DNA of 46,975 bases from positions 1 through 46,975 of the forward strand of contig NIVC01004406.1 in NCBI GenBank assembly GCA_002269645.1, written 5' to 3'. Below are positions 1-11,078 of this stretch, piece by piece (the first letter of the stretch is position 1; each line of letters starts with the position of its first letter). Origin of the DNA: Macrostomum lignano. Lineage: Eukaryota. A program made the position numbers and the translations under genes. Below the pieces are notes generated by a model, which did not search any database, was not told where the DNA came from, and saw only the letters and a program-made list of their open reading frames with translations.

Positions 1-455
1 TAACAAATAGAAGGAGTAAAAGAGCAAATGGGATTTATATTGGCTTCAATCGGTGCCATAGCAGAACAAGCGTGCTGCAATTAACGAGTTTAATGTTCAG
101 AATATCCGCCTGCAGGTTGATGATCAATATTATCCGGTTAAAGACCCTAATTAAATATTGCAAATAATAATGTTAATGATTTTATAAAATATTATCAAGA
201 TTATGCAAAAATGAAGCGTATGCCGTCCCTCAGTACACACCCACAGAGTTTCTAAACATTCATCCAGTGGTTGTTTATGATCTAACGGCACAGAAAGAAA
301 ACGTAGCCAATATTGGACTTAATTATATGTTAGAGATTAATAAAACCGGTAATCAGGCACTTGACGCCCACGTATTGTTTCTAGAGGAATATATGTCAAT
401 TGCTAAAGCTGATGGCACGATTGTTCGGGACGCTCCGACCGTCGCGCCTATTTAA
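1..455 (+). CDS. Polinton major capsid protein (double jelly-roll), C-terminal part, frameshifted
   Basis: Joined frames give NVQNIRLQVDDQYYPVKD...KYYQDYAKMKR...EFLNIHPVVVYDLTAQKE...AHVLFLEE. These match the conserved Polinton MCP C-terminal pattern (lNg.rYP, Y..f, yPlfvfDls.Q). Confidence 0.8.
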
Positions 456-470
456 ATTATTTCTTTAAAA

Positions 471-1316
471 ATGGTAAAGGCAAAACACAATAAATATTTC
501 CAAATGATCCTTTTCTTTGTTTAGTAATCGGAGGATCAGGTAAAGGAAAAACACACTTTGTTTACGATTTATTAACAACAGATGGAATGTTAGACTATAA
601 TAATTTAATAATTTATACTAATAAACCTAGAATAAAATATTATGAATTTCTTAAACATGGATTAAAAAACAAATTAAAAAAAGATGTCTTGTTTAGAATG
701 TTAAGAGCATATGAGCAATATGAGGATGATGACGAACCGCGATTTAATCTAGCAGACATTGAGGATTTATGTAAAACAATGGCACAACAGCCAGAAAACA
801 TCACCGATCGCCCCGAAGGGTCGCGGACTTCGTCCGATCGAGCCCAACTGTTAGAGTATCAACCCGATTAGCCTATGATCAAATTCCAAAACATGATAAA
901 ACACTAATTATTTTTGATGATTGTATTAATGACGGTGATCAAGAATTGCAAAAGGAAATTTTTGTTAGTGGTAGAGGAGATGGAATTGGAGCTTTTTATC
1001 TACACAGTCCTTTAGAGAATTAGAATCGATTATAAAAAAGAATGCAAGTTGTTGTGTAATGTTTGATTTAGATAATTATGATTTACAAAATATACACGCT
1101 AGATTTAATCCCGGATTGGATGCAAAACCATTTAAAAGTATGTGTAAAAAAATTTGGGATGATAGCCAATACAAACATATTTATATCAATCCGAGGTTAG
1201 AAAGGAAACATAGAATTTTAACAAATTTGATAAAAGAAGATAATGAGGAAGAAGAGATCGATAGACGATCGCGACTTCGTCGGAACGCGACTTCGTCGAT
1301 TAATTTCCCACTATAA
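471..1316 (+). CDS. FtsK/A32-like genome packaging ATPase (about 3 frameshifts)
   Basis: Walker A LVIGGSGKGKT at 521-553 (frame of ORF 587-871). Walker B TLIIFDDC at 901-924 (next frame). NASCCVMF and YKHIYIN segments follow in ORF 1059-1316. Confidence 0.88.
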
Positions 1317-1318
1317 AA

Positions 1319-2102
1319 ATGACTACAAATTTAGATACTATAAAACAATTGGTAGATCGAACTAATTCAAAATTTAGTACAACATTACAGTTTATAATGA
1401 CAACCAGCGAGCAACGGATTCAATTGCGCGATCCATTACAACTTGATCAAAGCCTAAGTTATCAAATAGGTTTAATACTATTTTCGGTTTTCAACATGCC
1501 TCAATTAATTAATGCAACAAATAATCAATTTAGATATTCTAAAGATTCCGGAGCCAATTGGACAACATTTAGCGTTAACCCAGGAGCGTATAGCTATACT
1601 GATTTGAATGCTTATATAGAAGGAGAATTAACAACTAATGGTGATTGGGTAGCAGGAGCAATTGTTATAGGTGTTGATTTACCGTCTGGCAGATTCACAC
1701 TATCACTAGGATCCGGATATCAGGTTGATTTCACAATTGCAAATTCACTCAGAACCATACTTGGATTTAATTCCCGAATAGTTACCACATCAAGCACCGG
1801 TGATACAGTGGAAATATTGAGGGTGGAGTAATACAATTAATATAACAACCGACATTTCAAACGGCGGTTATATAACAGATAATAACGGAGTTTTGGTTCA
1901 ACGTGGAATTATTTATTCAATCCCATTTCTTGCTGTTCCAATTGGAGAGAAAATGATTGTATCACCTCAAACCCCAATATATTACCCATTAAATCAATAT
2001 AATGTTCAATCAATTTATATTAGGATTGTAGATGAAAGCGATAGATTAATAAGTTTTGGTGGGCAGTCAATAACAATAATTTTACGTATAAAACAGGTTT
2101 AG
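1319..2102 (+). CDS. Polinton minor capsid protein (penton, single jelly-roll), frameshifted near 1830-1890
   Basis: LRDPLQLD..YQIGL, NNQFRYS, PGAYSYTDLN, LRTILGF and C-terminal IRIVDESDRLISFGGQSITIILRIKQV match the Polinton mCP pattern. Confidence 0.85.
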
Positions 2103-2131
2103 TACGACTTTGTCCGTTTCCTATAGTAAAA

Positions 2132-2341
2132 ATGGGTAATCGAACAACATGTTCGCGTGCAAAGCACGATAATAATAATAATTTAATAAAAAAACAATCA
2201 GAAAAAGTTAAAAAAGCTGAAGATAATTACGAACTAGAACTAGCAAAATTAAGGCAGTTACAAGCTGATAAAATAAGAAAGGAATTGTTAAAACCCACAC
2301 CTACGAAACTAACTAAAACCAAGAGTTTTTCAGGAACATAA
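2132..2341 (+). CDS. Small basic coiled-coil protein, unknown function
   Basis: 69-aa ORF packed between penton and protease, preceded by CTATAGTAAAAATG, Lys-rich. Confidence 0.55.
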   Translation: MGNRTTCSRAKHDNNNNLIKKQSEKVKKAEDNYELELAKLRQLQADKIRKELLKPTPTKLTKTKSFSGT

Positions 2342-2342
2342 A

Positions 2343-2800
2343 ATGACCATGACGTGGGATGATTTTAAACAAAGATATGGAACGGACACAACAAGCAATA
2401 TCGAATTAACAAATTGGGCGAGGCAGTTAAAAATAAAACCATTCAGATGTGTTATGCGAGATGAGATCAAAGACTTACCACAATATGGATGTTTCATTGT
2501 TAATATTGAAACAACAAAAGAAAATGGTGTTCATTGGTCAGCAGTTTATTCAAAACCAAAACTTGTTTATTTTTTTGATTCATACGCGCTTCCTCCGTTA
2601 CAGGAAATAAAAGACAAATTTAATCATACTAAAAATCGTTTATGTGGAGATCATCACGAACAATTTCAAACATTTGATAAAAGTTATTGCGGGCAAGCGG
2701 CGTTGTATTTTTTATATAAAATTAATAACTCGAAGGAAACCCCCGAAGTATTTAAGAATATCATGCAAAGCATGCGATACGGCGATTTTAGACTCTATAA
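2343..2800 (+). CDS. Adenain/Ulp1-like cysteine maturation protease
   Basis: Catalytic residues in order: GVHW (His), YFFDSY (Asp), QFQ...SYCGQ (Gln, Cys). The natural stop is probably TAA at 2798-2800; the ORF track runs to 2888 through a likely frameshift. Confidence 0.9.
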
Positions 2801-2815
2801 AATAGACAGTAAAAA

Positions 2816-4857
2816 ATGTTATTTTCTGGAACACCCTCATGGAACGGAACAACAAGTAGTGGTGGTGGTGGCACATCTGGTGGAATAAGTGTTACATTTG
2901 GAGATAATCGATATATTAATGAGATGAAGGTTATAAAAAAAGTGAAGTTGATACTAAACTAAATTTAAAAAGAAATGTTGCAGATTCCTATACAAAACTC
3001 AAATAGATGATTCACTAAATCTGAAACGGAACGTAGCCGATTCCTATACCAAAACCGAAGTTGATAATTCATTAAATTTAAAACGCAATACAGCCGATTC
3101 TATACCAAAACCGAAGTTGATAATTCATTAAATTTAAAACGCAATACAGCCGATTCTTATACCAAAACCGAAGTTGATAATTCATTAAATTTGAAACGGA
3201 ACGTAGCCGATTCTTATACCAAAACCGAAGTTGATAATGGATTAAATTTAAAAAGAGATGTAACTGATTCTTATTCTCGAACTGATTCTGATTCACGTTA
3301 TGTTCAAACCACCGCAACCGGAAACCTAGATATGAGCAACAACCGAATTATAAATGTTTCAATTACAACTAGTGATTCAGTGGTTGATAAGAACTATGTC
3401 GATAATCAAGTTGCCACTCGTAGTGGTAATATTAATATGAATAATTTTAAATTAACAAATTTATTATTTGGAACAGAGAACGCAGACTCGATAACTCTAG
3501 GCCAAGTAAACGAGCGAGCTAATGCAACCGACGCCGATATTTTTACCACGCCGCTTACATCAAATACTTCAAATCCTGATGTTGTTCTTACAGCATCTGA
3601 AAATGGCAACACAGCTTTTCGAGTTGGAGATGGAAGCCTTGCGACACAATGGTCACCAAATACCGGAACCACAACCAATATGGAAATTCAATTTGAATTT
3701 TTAGGTTATAATAGAAGAATATTTGAATTAAGAATTACAGGCAGTGAAACAATTGAGATACCCTCGGGGTGGTCGGTTCGCGCAAAAAATGTTGCTACCG
3801 ATTCATGGACGACATTAACTACGTCGGGATCACCAGTTCAAGCAACATCATTTGCTCTATCTAATTTAACGACTAATTTTTGGAAATATTATAGCGTATT
3901 CTTCCCAACTGGTGGTACCGGTACACAACCTATCGAGGTTCGTCAAATACAATTATTTGAACACCGTGTTGAAATTCAAGATCTTAATTGGCCAACTCAA
4001 ATACTTTCTGCAGTTCCGCGAGCGTACGTAGATCAGCTAGCTACTCCAACATCAAATGGTAGAATGTCTGGAAGCGATAAAAATAAATTGGATGGAATAC
4101 CTGCTATTGATGCGGCCTTGTTCGAACCAGTAATTTGCAATTGGTCTGGATATCAAAATCCAACAACCGCCGGAGATATATATCCAGTCGGTTCTTTAAT
4201 TGGTGACGCTTCTTATATCGATTATCAAAACGGCGCTAGAATTACTCGTGAAACCTGGAGTAAGTGGTGCTTTACAATTCAATTTCACACATTTTCAAAA
4301 TATATCTGCGTCTTTCTTTTTCCGAGTTGCTAATGCTACAGGAGATGGTGCAGATGCGGTTTGGTTTTATGCATACTGTCACCAACGTCCAACATCGGAA
4401 TTTGGATCTGGATTATCAACCGACGCCGGATTGATAGTTTTGCTAGTGAGTGGCATGATAGGTTTGGAGTTGTTTGGAGTAATAAAAAATCAGACGGATC
4501 TACGGTTCGTAACGATGTTAGTAGTGATGCGGATCAAACTGTAGCCTATGCTAATATTGATAACGGCATTGGCATTTATTTGAAGTTAATATTTTAAATC
4601 AAAGGGTTTGGTACCGATTACAGTCATACAATGTTGCTGGTGATTCTTTTACCCTCATTGGACAGAACGTTTTCACATATGATAGTGGAACTTGGGGAAC
4701 TTTAGATAAATCTGGAACCCTTATGGGTTTTGGTGCTCGAACTGGTGGAGCGGATGCTGCACATTTTATTCGTGGTGCAGTTGTATGTGGTAGTACGTCG
4801 TTTGGTTATGTTTTTCCCTCTACTGCTTATTTGGAAAAACCTCCTACTCAAATATAA
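2816..4857 (+). CDS. Fibre/receptor-binding-like protein: 19-aa repeats, adhesin-neck-like repeats, discoidin (F5/8 type C)-like domain, C-terminal beta domain; frameshifted
   Basis: ATG at 2816 (MLFSGTPSWNG), then KTEVDNSLNLKRNVADSYT repeats and GNLDMSNNRIINV..VDKNYVD. TAFRVGDGSLATQWS...WKYY...IEVRQIQLFE is discoidin-like. GRMSGSDKNKLDGI is a phage-fibre-like motif. Stop TAA at 4855-4857. Confidence 0.7.
2938..3290 (+). repeat. 57-bp (19-aa) coding tandem repeat, about 6 copies
   Basis: AAAACCGAAGTTGATAATTCATTAAATTT(A/G)AAACG...GCCGATTC(T)TATACC is repeated; some copies have 1-nt indels. Confidence 0.9.
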
Positions 4858-4888
4858 AATATTTATATATAAAATATTTCTATATAAA

Positions 4889-5859
4889 ATGGCTTTTAGT
4901 AGAACTCCATCGATGCGGCAAAATAATGTTATTATTCCTATTCCTAAACAAGAATCAAATATAAAAACATTCAAATCTCATACCAAATTTTTATTTAGTA
5001 CTGTAAATGTTCAGGATAATAAGAAGCTTCAAGAATTAATTAAGTTATTAAAAAATCATATTATACTTCAAGAGTTTTGGAAAATAGGATTTAAATGGGA
5101 GAAAAAAGAAAGAATCACTCCAATACAATACCTATTGAGCTCGGGCAAATCCCAAAGAGCGTGGGGAATTCATTTTGGTGCTATTAAAAATAGACGAGAA
5201 TGTCGGTATCTGAAGCAGATAAATGGGAACGCGACCGGTTCAACCAACGTAAAGGTCAGATGTTAAGTAATGTTGATCGAATAAATTATGATTATGATTT
5301 ATATGCTAAAAAAGTAAGAAGAGTTTCAAACCATATAAGAAATATGGACTTTTTCAATATTGGATTTGGAAGCTTATCAATGTTATGTGTAATCGTTTTA
5401 GGTATTTTACAATCTATTCCAACTCTTAATTTATCTCAATTATTTTTAGGTATTTCAATTGGCTCAATATCAGGTTTTGAATTGATCAGGAACTTATCAA
5501 TACTTTTAGCAATTAAATTATATCTTAAAAAAAGAAAGGAAAAATATAAATCATTAAGAGATGTTGCAAAACAATATAAAAATCAATTATATTTATATGT
5601 GCAAAAAATATTGGATGACGGAGAGATAACGATTCATGAATTATCAACCGCGGTTGAATTATATGAAAAATATTTAAAAGATAGAAATAGAATTTTAGAT
5701 GTTGAAACTTTTACCGATATGGAATTAAAAGAGTTACTCGATAAACCCAAAGCTCCACCGATAGAAACATTAGGTATTTACGAACCTGAAACTATTGCTA
5801 CTGGGGCACAAAGCCCCGGTCAGGAAGTGCGTAGAACTTCAGGTTGTTTAGTTTTTTAA
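4889..5859 (+). CDS. Conserved Polinton two-TM membrane protein (resembles the adintovirus ORF annotated GasderminX; family name unverified); 4889-5200 may be its frameshifted N-terminus or a separate ORF
   Basis: ORF 5200-5859 has two hydrophobic segments followed by KKRKEKYKSL..VAKQYKNQL...KILDDGEIT..E..T..ELYEKY, a recurrent Polinton protein pattern. The ATG at 4889 is preceded by TCTATATAAA. Confidence 0.6.
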
Positions 5860-6329
5860 TGCATATGTTATATATTCTTCCCAAAGTGGTAACTCTCTTC
5901 TGATCCTAGGTTTAAATTTTTTATCAATACATAAAAATTCCAATGACTTTTTCAATAACATTTCGTTAGGTATGTTACCTATCCTTATAAACTTTGTATT
6001 CTCTCGAATAAGAAAATTGAAATAATATCCAACTAAAATTAAAATCCTTTCGGAGTCTTTCGAACTTAATCCCTTTCCTTTATTTAAATGGAAAAAGTTA
6101 TTATATAAATAAACATTATTTCCGGGAATTAAAATTGGATCAGAAATGTCTCTTGTAAGATTTCTTAAAATTGTGTTTTTAAAATAGTAATATGAGTTTT
6201 CAATCTTTTTTTTTTTTCAAATTGATATATTTTAGAACATGAATAACACATATGATATATATCTCCGTTTGCTGTTTGCCCTCTGTGCATAGTCACATTA
6301 CATTTATTACAAACATAAATGTCTTTCAT
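5848..6329 (-). CDS. Zinc-ribbon-containing accessory protein (~160 aa), absent from ORF track because of a frameshift in a T12 run
   Basis: MKDIYVCNKCNVTMHRGQTANGDIYHMCYSCSKIYQFE(KKK) from ATG at 6329. After the T12 run at 6206-6217, an open frame reads IENSYYYFKNTILRNL...RELPLWEEYITYALKN* (stop at 5848-5850). Confidence 0.65.
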
Positions 6330-6355
6330 TTTTTTGTTATTTTTTTAGATTAAAA

Positions 6356-6688
6356 ATGGAGAGCTGGTTCAAAACCGATTCTAATGTGATTAATTATCTC
6401 ACACCCAATATGTTGGAGAATAAAGAATATAATATTATATGTTTGAGACAGGTTAAATTTATTGGGCTTCAATCAATATTTTTACAATTAGATGGGCAAA
6501 AAATTTTATGTCTAAGCGGAGATGATGTTAAAAATTTTCCTGTTTTAGTTATTAATAAACCTAAAGCGTTTGTTATGAAATACTGCAACGAGGGTGGATT
6601 GCAATTTAAACTAAAACAAACAAATAATAAAAAGAGTGATAGGACTGTAAAATTGGCGGCTGTTTGGGAGGATGACGACGAAGACTAA
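6356..6688 (+). CDS. Hypothetical viral protein (110 aa)
   Basis: Clean ORF with AAAAATG start context, divergent from the zinc-ribbon gene. Confidence 0.55.
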   Translation: MESWFKTDSNVINYLTPNMLENKEYNIICLRQVKFIGLQSIFLQLDGQKILCLSGDDVKNFPVLVINKPKAFVMKYCNEGGLQFKLKQTNNKKSDRTVKLAAVWEDDDED

Positions 6689-6703
6689 ATTTTTTATAAG
6701 AAA

Positions 6704-7000
6704 ATGGATACGATAAAAATCCTTATCACTAAAGAGCGTGAACTTAATGATATTAATAAAAAAATAAATATAATTATATCTCAGAAATATCATGAGTATG
6801 GGGACGATATGTTTCCCATCCGATATGAGATAGATAAAAGAAAACGTTTTTTAAGACAAGATATTGTTTATGCTGAAATAGTAATTGAAATTGAAATAGA
6901 TAGATTGGTTAGAAAAATAAAAAAACTTAGGAAAAAAATAAAGGATTGTTTAAGTTACCCTGACGACTGCGAGGAAATTGGCTCAATATATATGAAATGA
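6704..7000 (+). CDS. Hypothetical viral coiled-coil protein (98 aa)
   Basis: Clean ORF directly after the previous one, TATAAGAAAATG start context, converges on the PolB 3' end. Confidence 0.55.
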   Translation: MDTIKILITKERELNDINKKINIIISQKYHEYGDDMFPIRYEIDKRKRFLRQDIVYAEIVIEIEIDRLVRKIKKLRKKIKDCLSYPDDCEEIGSIYMK

Positions 7001-7031
7001 AATGGATATTATGCTTAAACAATTACATGCT

Positions 7032-10000
7032 TTAGTTTTTTACAGACCCGATAAGTAATTTTTCTGTTAATCTCTTCCAGTTATTCAAGACTTTTTCCTT
7101 ATTTAATTTTTTAAGTTCTTTTGGAAATGTTGAATAATAATTATCTATATCTTTTTCATATTCTAGAAATGTATTATATTCACAATCACATTCGGATTCA
7201 CAATCACAATCGTAATAATAATTATTTATTGCCGCTTTGTATTCATTATATTTACTTATTATATCTTCTTTTTGTTTTTTATCTTTTATCATATTTTTTA
7301 TCTCTTCTTTTAAACCATATGGATATGTTTTAATTTTATCATCTAAATATCTTTTATCATCAAATGGACTTAATGTTTTTTTATCTGTCTCGATGACAAA
7401 CATCTGATGCTTATCTGAATTTAATCGATATTGTGGAGCATGATAATTTTCAATTGTATTAAGGTAATCTAAAAGTACGTTTTTATAATCATCAAATGTT
7501 ATCTTTTTTACTGCTGCTCTTGATACCCCTTTTATTTTTTTTACCTCTCCCTCCTGTCCTAAAACTTAAATGCATAGCATTTTGATCTTATTGCTATAAA
7601 CTCGGTTATGATTTTGCTATTTAATTCATCTTTCATTTTAAGTACAACTTTTTTATTTTGATCTGATTTTAAAGGATGGTTATCCGGATAGTCGGAGGTA
7701 TCCAATGTATCCTTAATTTTTTCCATATCTTTATAGACATCGAACCTTTGGTTCGCGGCTTTGCCCGATCCTCTGTTTCAACCTTAAATACCAAACTGTC
7801 GGTGTCTGCATATATTGGATAGTTATCTGGCCATGTTTTATTTATAACATCATAATAATATTCATACATTACCAGCTTTGCATAATCTAAAACAACCATT
7901 CCAATAAATATTGGTTTAAGAAATTTTGTTGTTTTATTTCTCATATGAATACCCATAAAGTTATCATCAAATTTTATAAAGTCTTTAAAGTTAGGTTTTG
8001 AGAAATATTTCTTTGCTTTATCAATATCCTTTTCTAAATGGAATTGGGTTCTATCTCTAATATTTTCAACCGTTTTTCCATAAAAAGCATTATTCATTAA
8101 TTTCCAATAATCTTTCTCAAAATTTGTTTTTGACATCTGTCTCTGATTTGAATTAAAGTCAATATATTTAGCTAACCAATCTTCCTCAATAAACGATATT
8201 GTTCGATGTACTTTAGACACTTTTAATCCCTGTTTTCATAAAATTGTAGAAGCTTATAATGCACTACATAGTTTTTCTTATCATGTAAATTTAATATTAA
8301 TTTTTTTGTTGCTAGATGTTTTGCATTATCTACTTTAAGATAATCTTTTTGTGTTTGTGATAAATCATCTTCATTAACTGAACAATGCTCTGGAGCTAAA
8401 GGATATTTATATGTTTTTGCTTTTGCTTCCCGAGTATATTGCAAATCCACTTCTACGATACAGCCCCTTCCTTCGGGAATATTTTTGTAATAATCGGGGT
8501 CATCTTCCCATTGGAAATCAGCTATTGGTAATTTTTGTTTCATACAACCACCGTATAAATTGTTTGCATCTAGATATAATACATATGATGATTTTTCTTT
8601 TTTATTATAATTTGGTAGATATTTATTATTTACTTTAGTATATCTATCTCCTAGTACACCCGAGAATCCGCCGCGAATTCCTCTCTCAATCATTAACAAC
8701 ATATCATGATCAGTTAGTAAATCAATCTTAACATCTGTATGTTTCAAACCACAAGCCCATGTTAATCCCGGTGCACTGAAACAATATGCGGGATCAATTT
8801 TAAAATTCTCATATGTATGATTCCTAAAGTTTTCAAATGCATCAGCTAATAGGAGAACATCTGCTTTAAGATATAGATTATGATAATCTTTAAATGTTTT
8901 ACAATTAAAGTATTTCCATACTTTTTGAGCGTGTTCATAATCCGATTCACTTATATTTGTTTGTGATAATGTTGAATAAAACTTTTCTATGGGGGTAATT
9001 CGGTATGAAAAAATACGTCTTCAGATGTTACATATTCATATGGATAGATGCCCTTACGAGTTAATAGCATTAGTTCTTCCTCGGATAGTTTTTCCTTTTT
9101 GAAACGATTCAATAGTATTGGAAAGTTTTTCTTTACTATTTCTAAATCCCATGGTTTTGGAACTAATGATGAAACAACATTTGCTAAAGATGTTGATAAG
9201 AATCTCAAGGAATCTAGAAAAACTAGATGGGAGTATTTCTTACCATATGTTATTGATATGTAATTTTCTGATGTTTTAGGTAATATATTTATTTCATATT
9301 CATCCTTTCCTAAATGAAGCAATTCTCGAACTAAGAAATGAAAATCATATCCGGAACCATTATGAAAAAATACTGGTATTTCCTTACATCCTTTTCCTTC
9401 TTTTGCATTACATGATCTACATGCTGCCCCTCGATAATTTCCTGTTAGATGACAATGTTCTCGTATCTTATTATTCTTACTTAAATGTCTTTTGCACATA
9501 AAACAATTTGTTGCATTTTTATAATTGTCTCTATCCTTATTTGTCATATTAATATTTTTTGATAATTTATCATATTGATTTTGAATATATTCAAATACAT
9601 TTACTAATGATTCTGCCATGTGCTTAGCTGCATCATTACCGTGGTAAGTAATCATCCTTGATTTAAATATATGATCAGCTACAGAGTGTACATATATACA
9701 ATAACTATTCGGAAACTGTTGTGCCAATTTTTTTGTGCATTCCCATCATCAGATACCGTCTGTGATTCTTTTAAGGGAACATTTGTTGCTTCAAAATCAG
9801 CATATATTACTATTGGTTTTTTAACTGCCATATAATGTTGTTGGAACTTTAGGGTTGCATCTTCAGATGCTGGCATTATAGCATTAGTAAATTTGTGATC
9901 TAAACAAAATCGTTGGTGGTTTTTAAGAGCTGTTTCATCCTTTTTAAATGTAAAACAATTTCTACATAGTGGATATCTATTTCTATTTTCTCTTAAAAAA

Positions 10001-10996
10001 GAACTAATATCTTTTATGTATATATAATGTGTTTCATTTTCGCGCTGCATGTACAAAAGATCGATTTGATCTGGTGCTGTTATATCAGTTGCTGGCTTAA
10101 CAAGATAACACCTTTTCTTATACCATTCTGGATCGACCTGTCGTTAAAATTTCTTCTAGATCTTTTGGTTCTTCAATTGTAAACACATTAATATTTAAAC
10201 CATTCATTTTTTCAATCTTATATATATCATCTATTGCTACTGGGTATGATATGTTTTTCATTATTATTTCATCCTCATATTGTCTATAATTATATATTTT
10301 ATTAATGTGTGATTCTACTTGATTGTGATATTTATGAATTAATAAACACCATAATAAACATTTATTATCTTTATTGTCTGGATTTATAATCATAGGTGAT
10401 TTAAATTTGAGCTTCATATGTGATCGTCCTTTAAGAATTTCTATAGGCAATCTTTACTATTGCTGAATTACAGGATACAAATATAAACCCAGATCCGTTT
10501 TCTGTCATCTTATCTATCCATTCATCAAACTCAGCTTCTATTTGATCGAATTGATTGTTGTAATTTCCCATTGATAATAATGTTTTATATGATTCTTGTG
10601 AAAAGTTATTTATTACTTCAATTTCTGAATTTGCATTAAGAATATTTGGTTTTTTAAATTCTGTTTCAACTTCTATTTTATACTTAATTGGCTGTCGTTT
10701 GTTATTTGGCCTTATAGTATAATTGTTTAATATGGTCTTTAATTTATCTTTCATTTGTTTAAAATATTCTTTATAATTTGTATTTATATCTATATCTATA
10801 TATATTACTTCAGCTCCATTTTGTCCTTGTGGTTGGGGTTATTAATATCATTTAATTGTCTTTCTAAACGTATCTCATTTTCTGCCCTAATTCTTGCTTC
10901 TATTTCAGCCCTATCGGCAATTCGTTGTGCATCGATTTGAGCTATTAATTGTGCTCTAAGTTCAGGGTTGTCGATTTGAGCTAAAATTGCTTCCAT
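7032..10996 (-). CDS. polB: Protein-primed family B DNA polymerase (with terminal-protein region, vOTU-like domain, Zn finger and EndoVII/HNH-like insertion); about 10 frameshifts
   Basis: ExoI VIYADFEA, HCHLTGNYRGAACRSCN, ExoII FFHNGSGYDFHF, FLDSLRF, KGIYPYEY, ExoIII YLKADVLLLADAFENF, motif A YLDANNLYG, motif B KLMNNAFYGK, motif C YADTDSL and C-terminal LSPFDDKRY are spread over seven ORF fragments on the minus strand. Confidence 0.95.
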
Positions 10997-11078
10997 TTTA
11001 TAGAATAAAATTTATATAATGTTTGAATTATTGATTTTTTAATTTTGTGTTTTTGGTGTCCAGACCCCCCCCAGGAGC

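Noticed and set aside
2800-2888. C-terminal extension of the protease (…QQVVVVVAHLVE)
   Set aside because: It is the out-of-frame reading of the fibre gene start (ATG 2816, GGGG-rich linker), reached through a probable frameshift.
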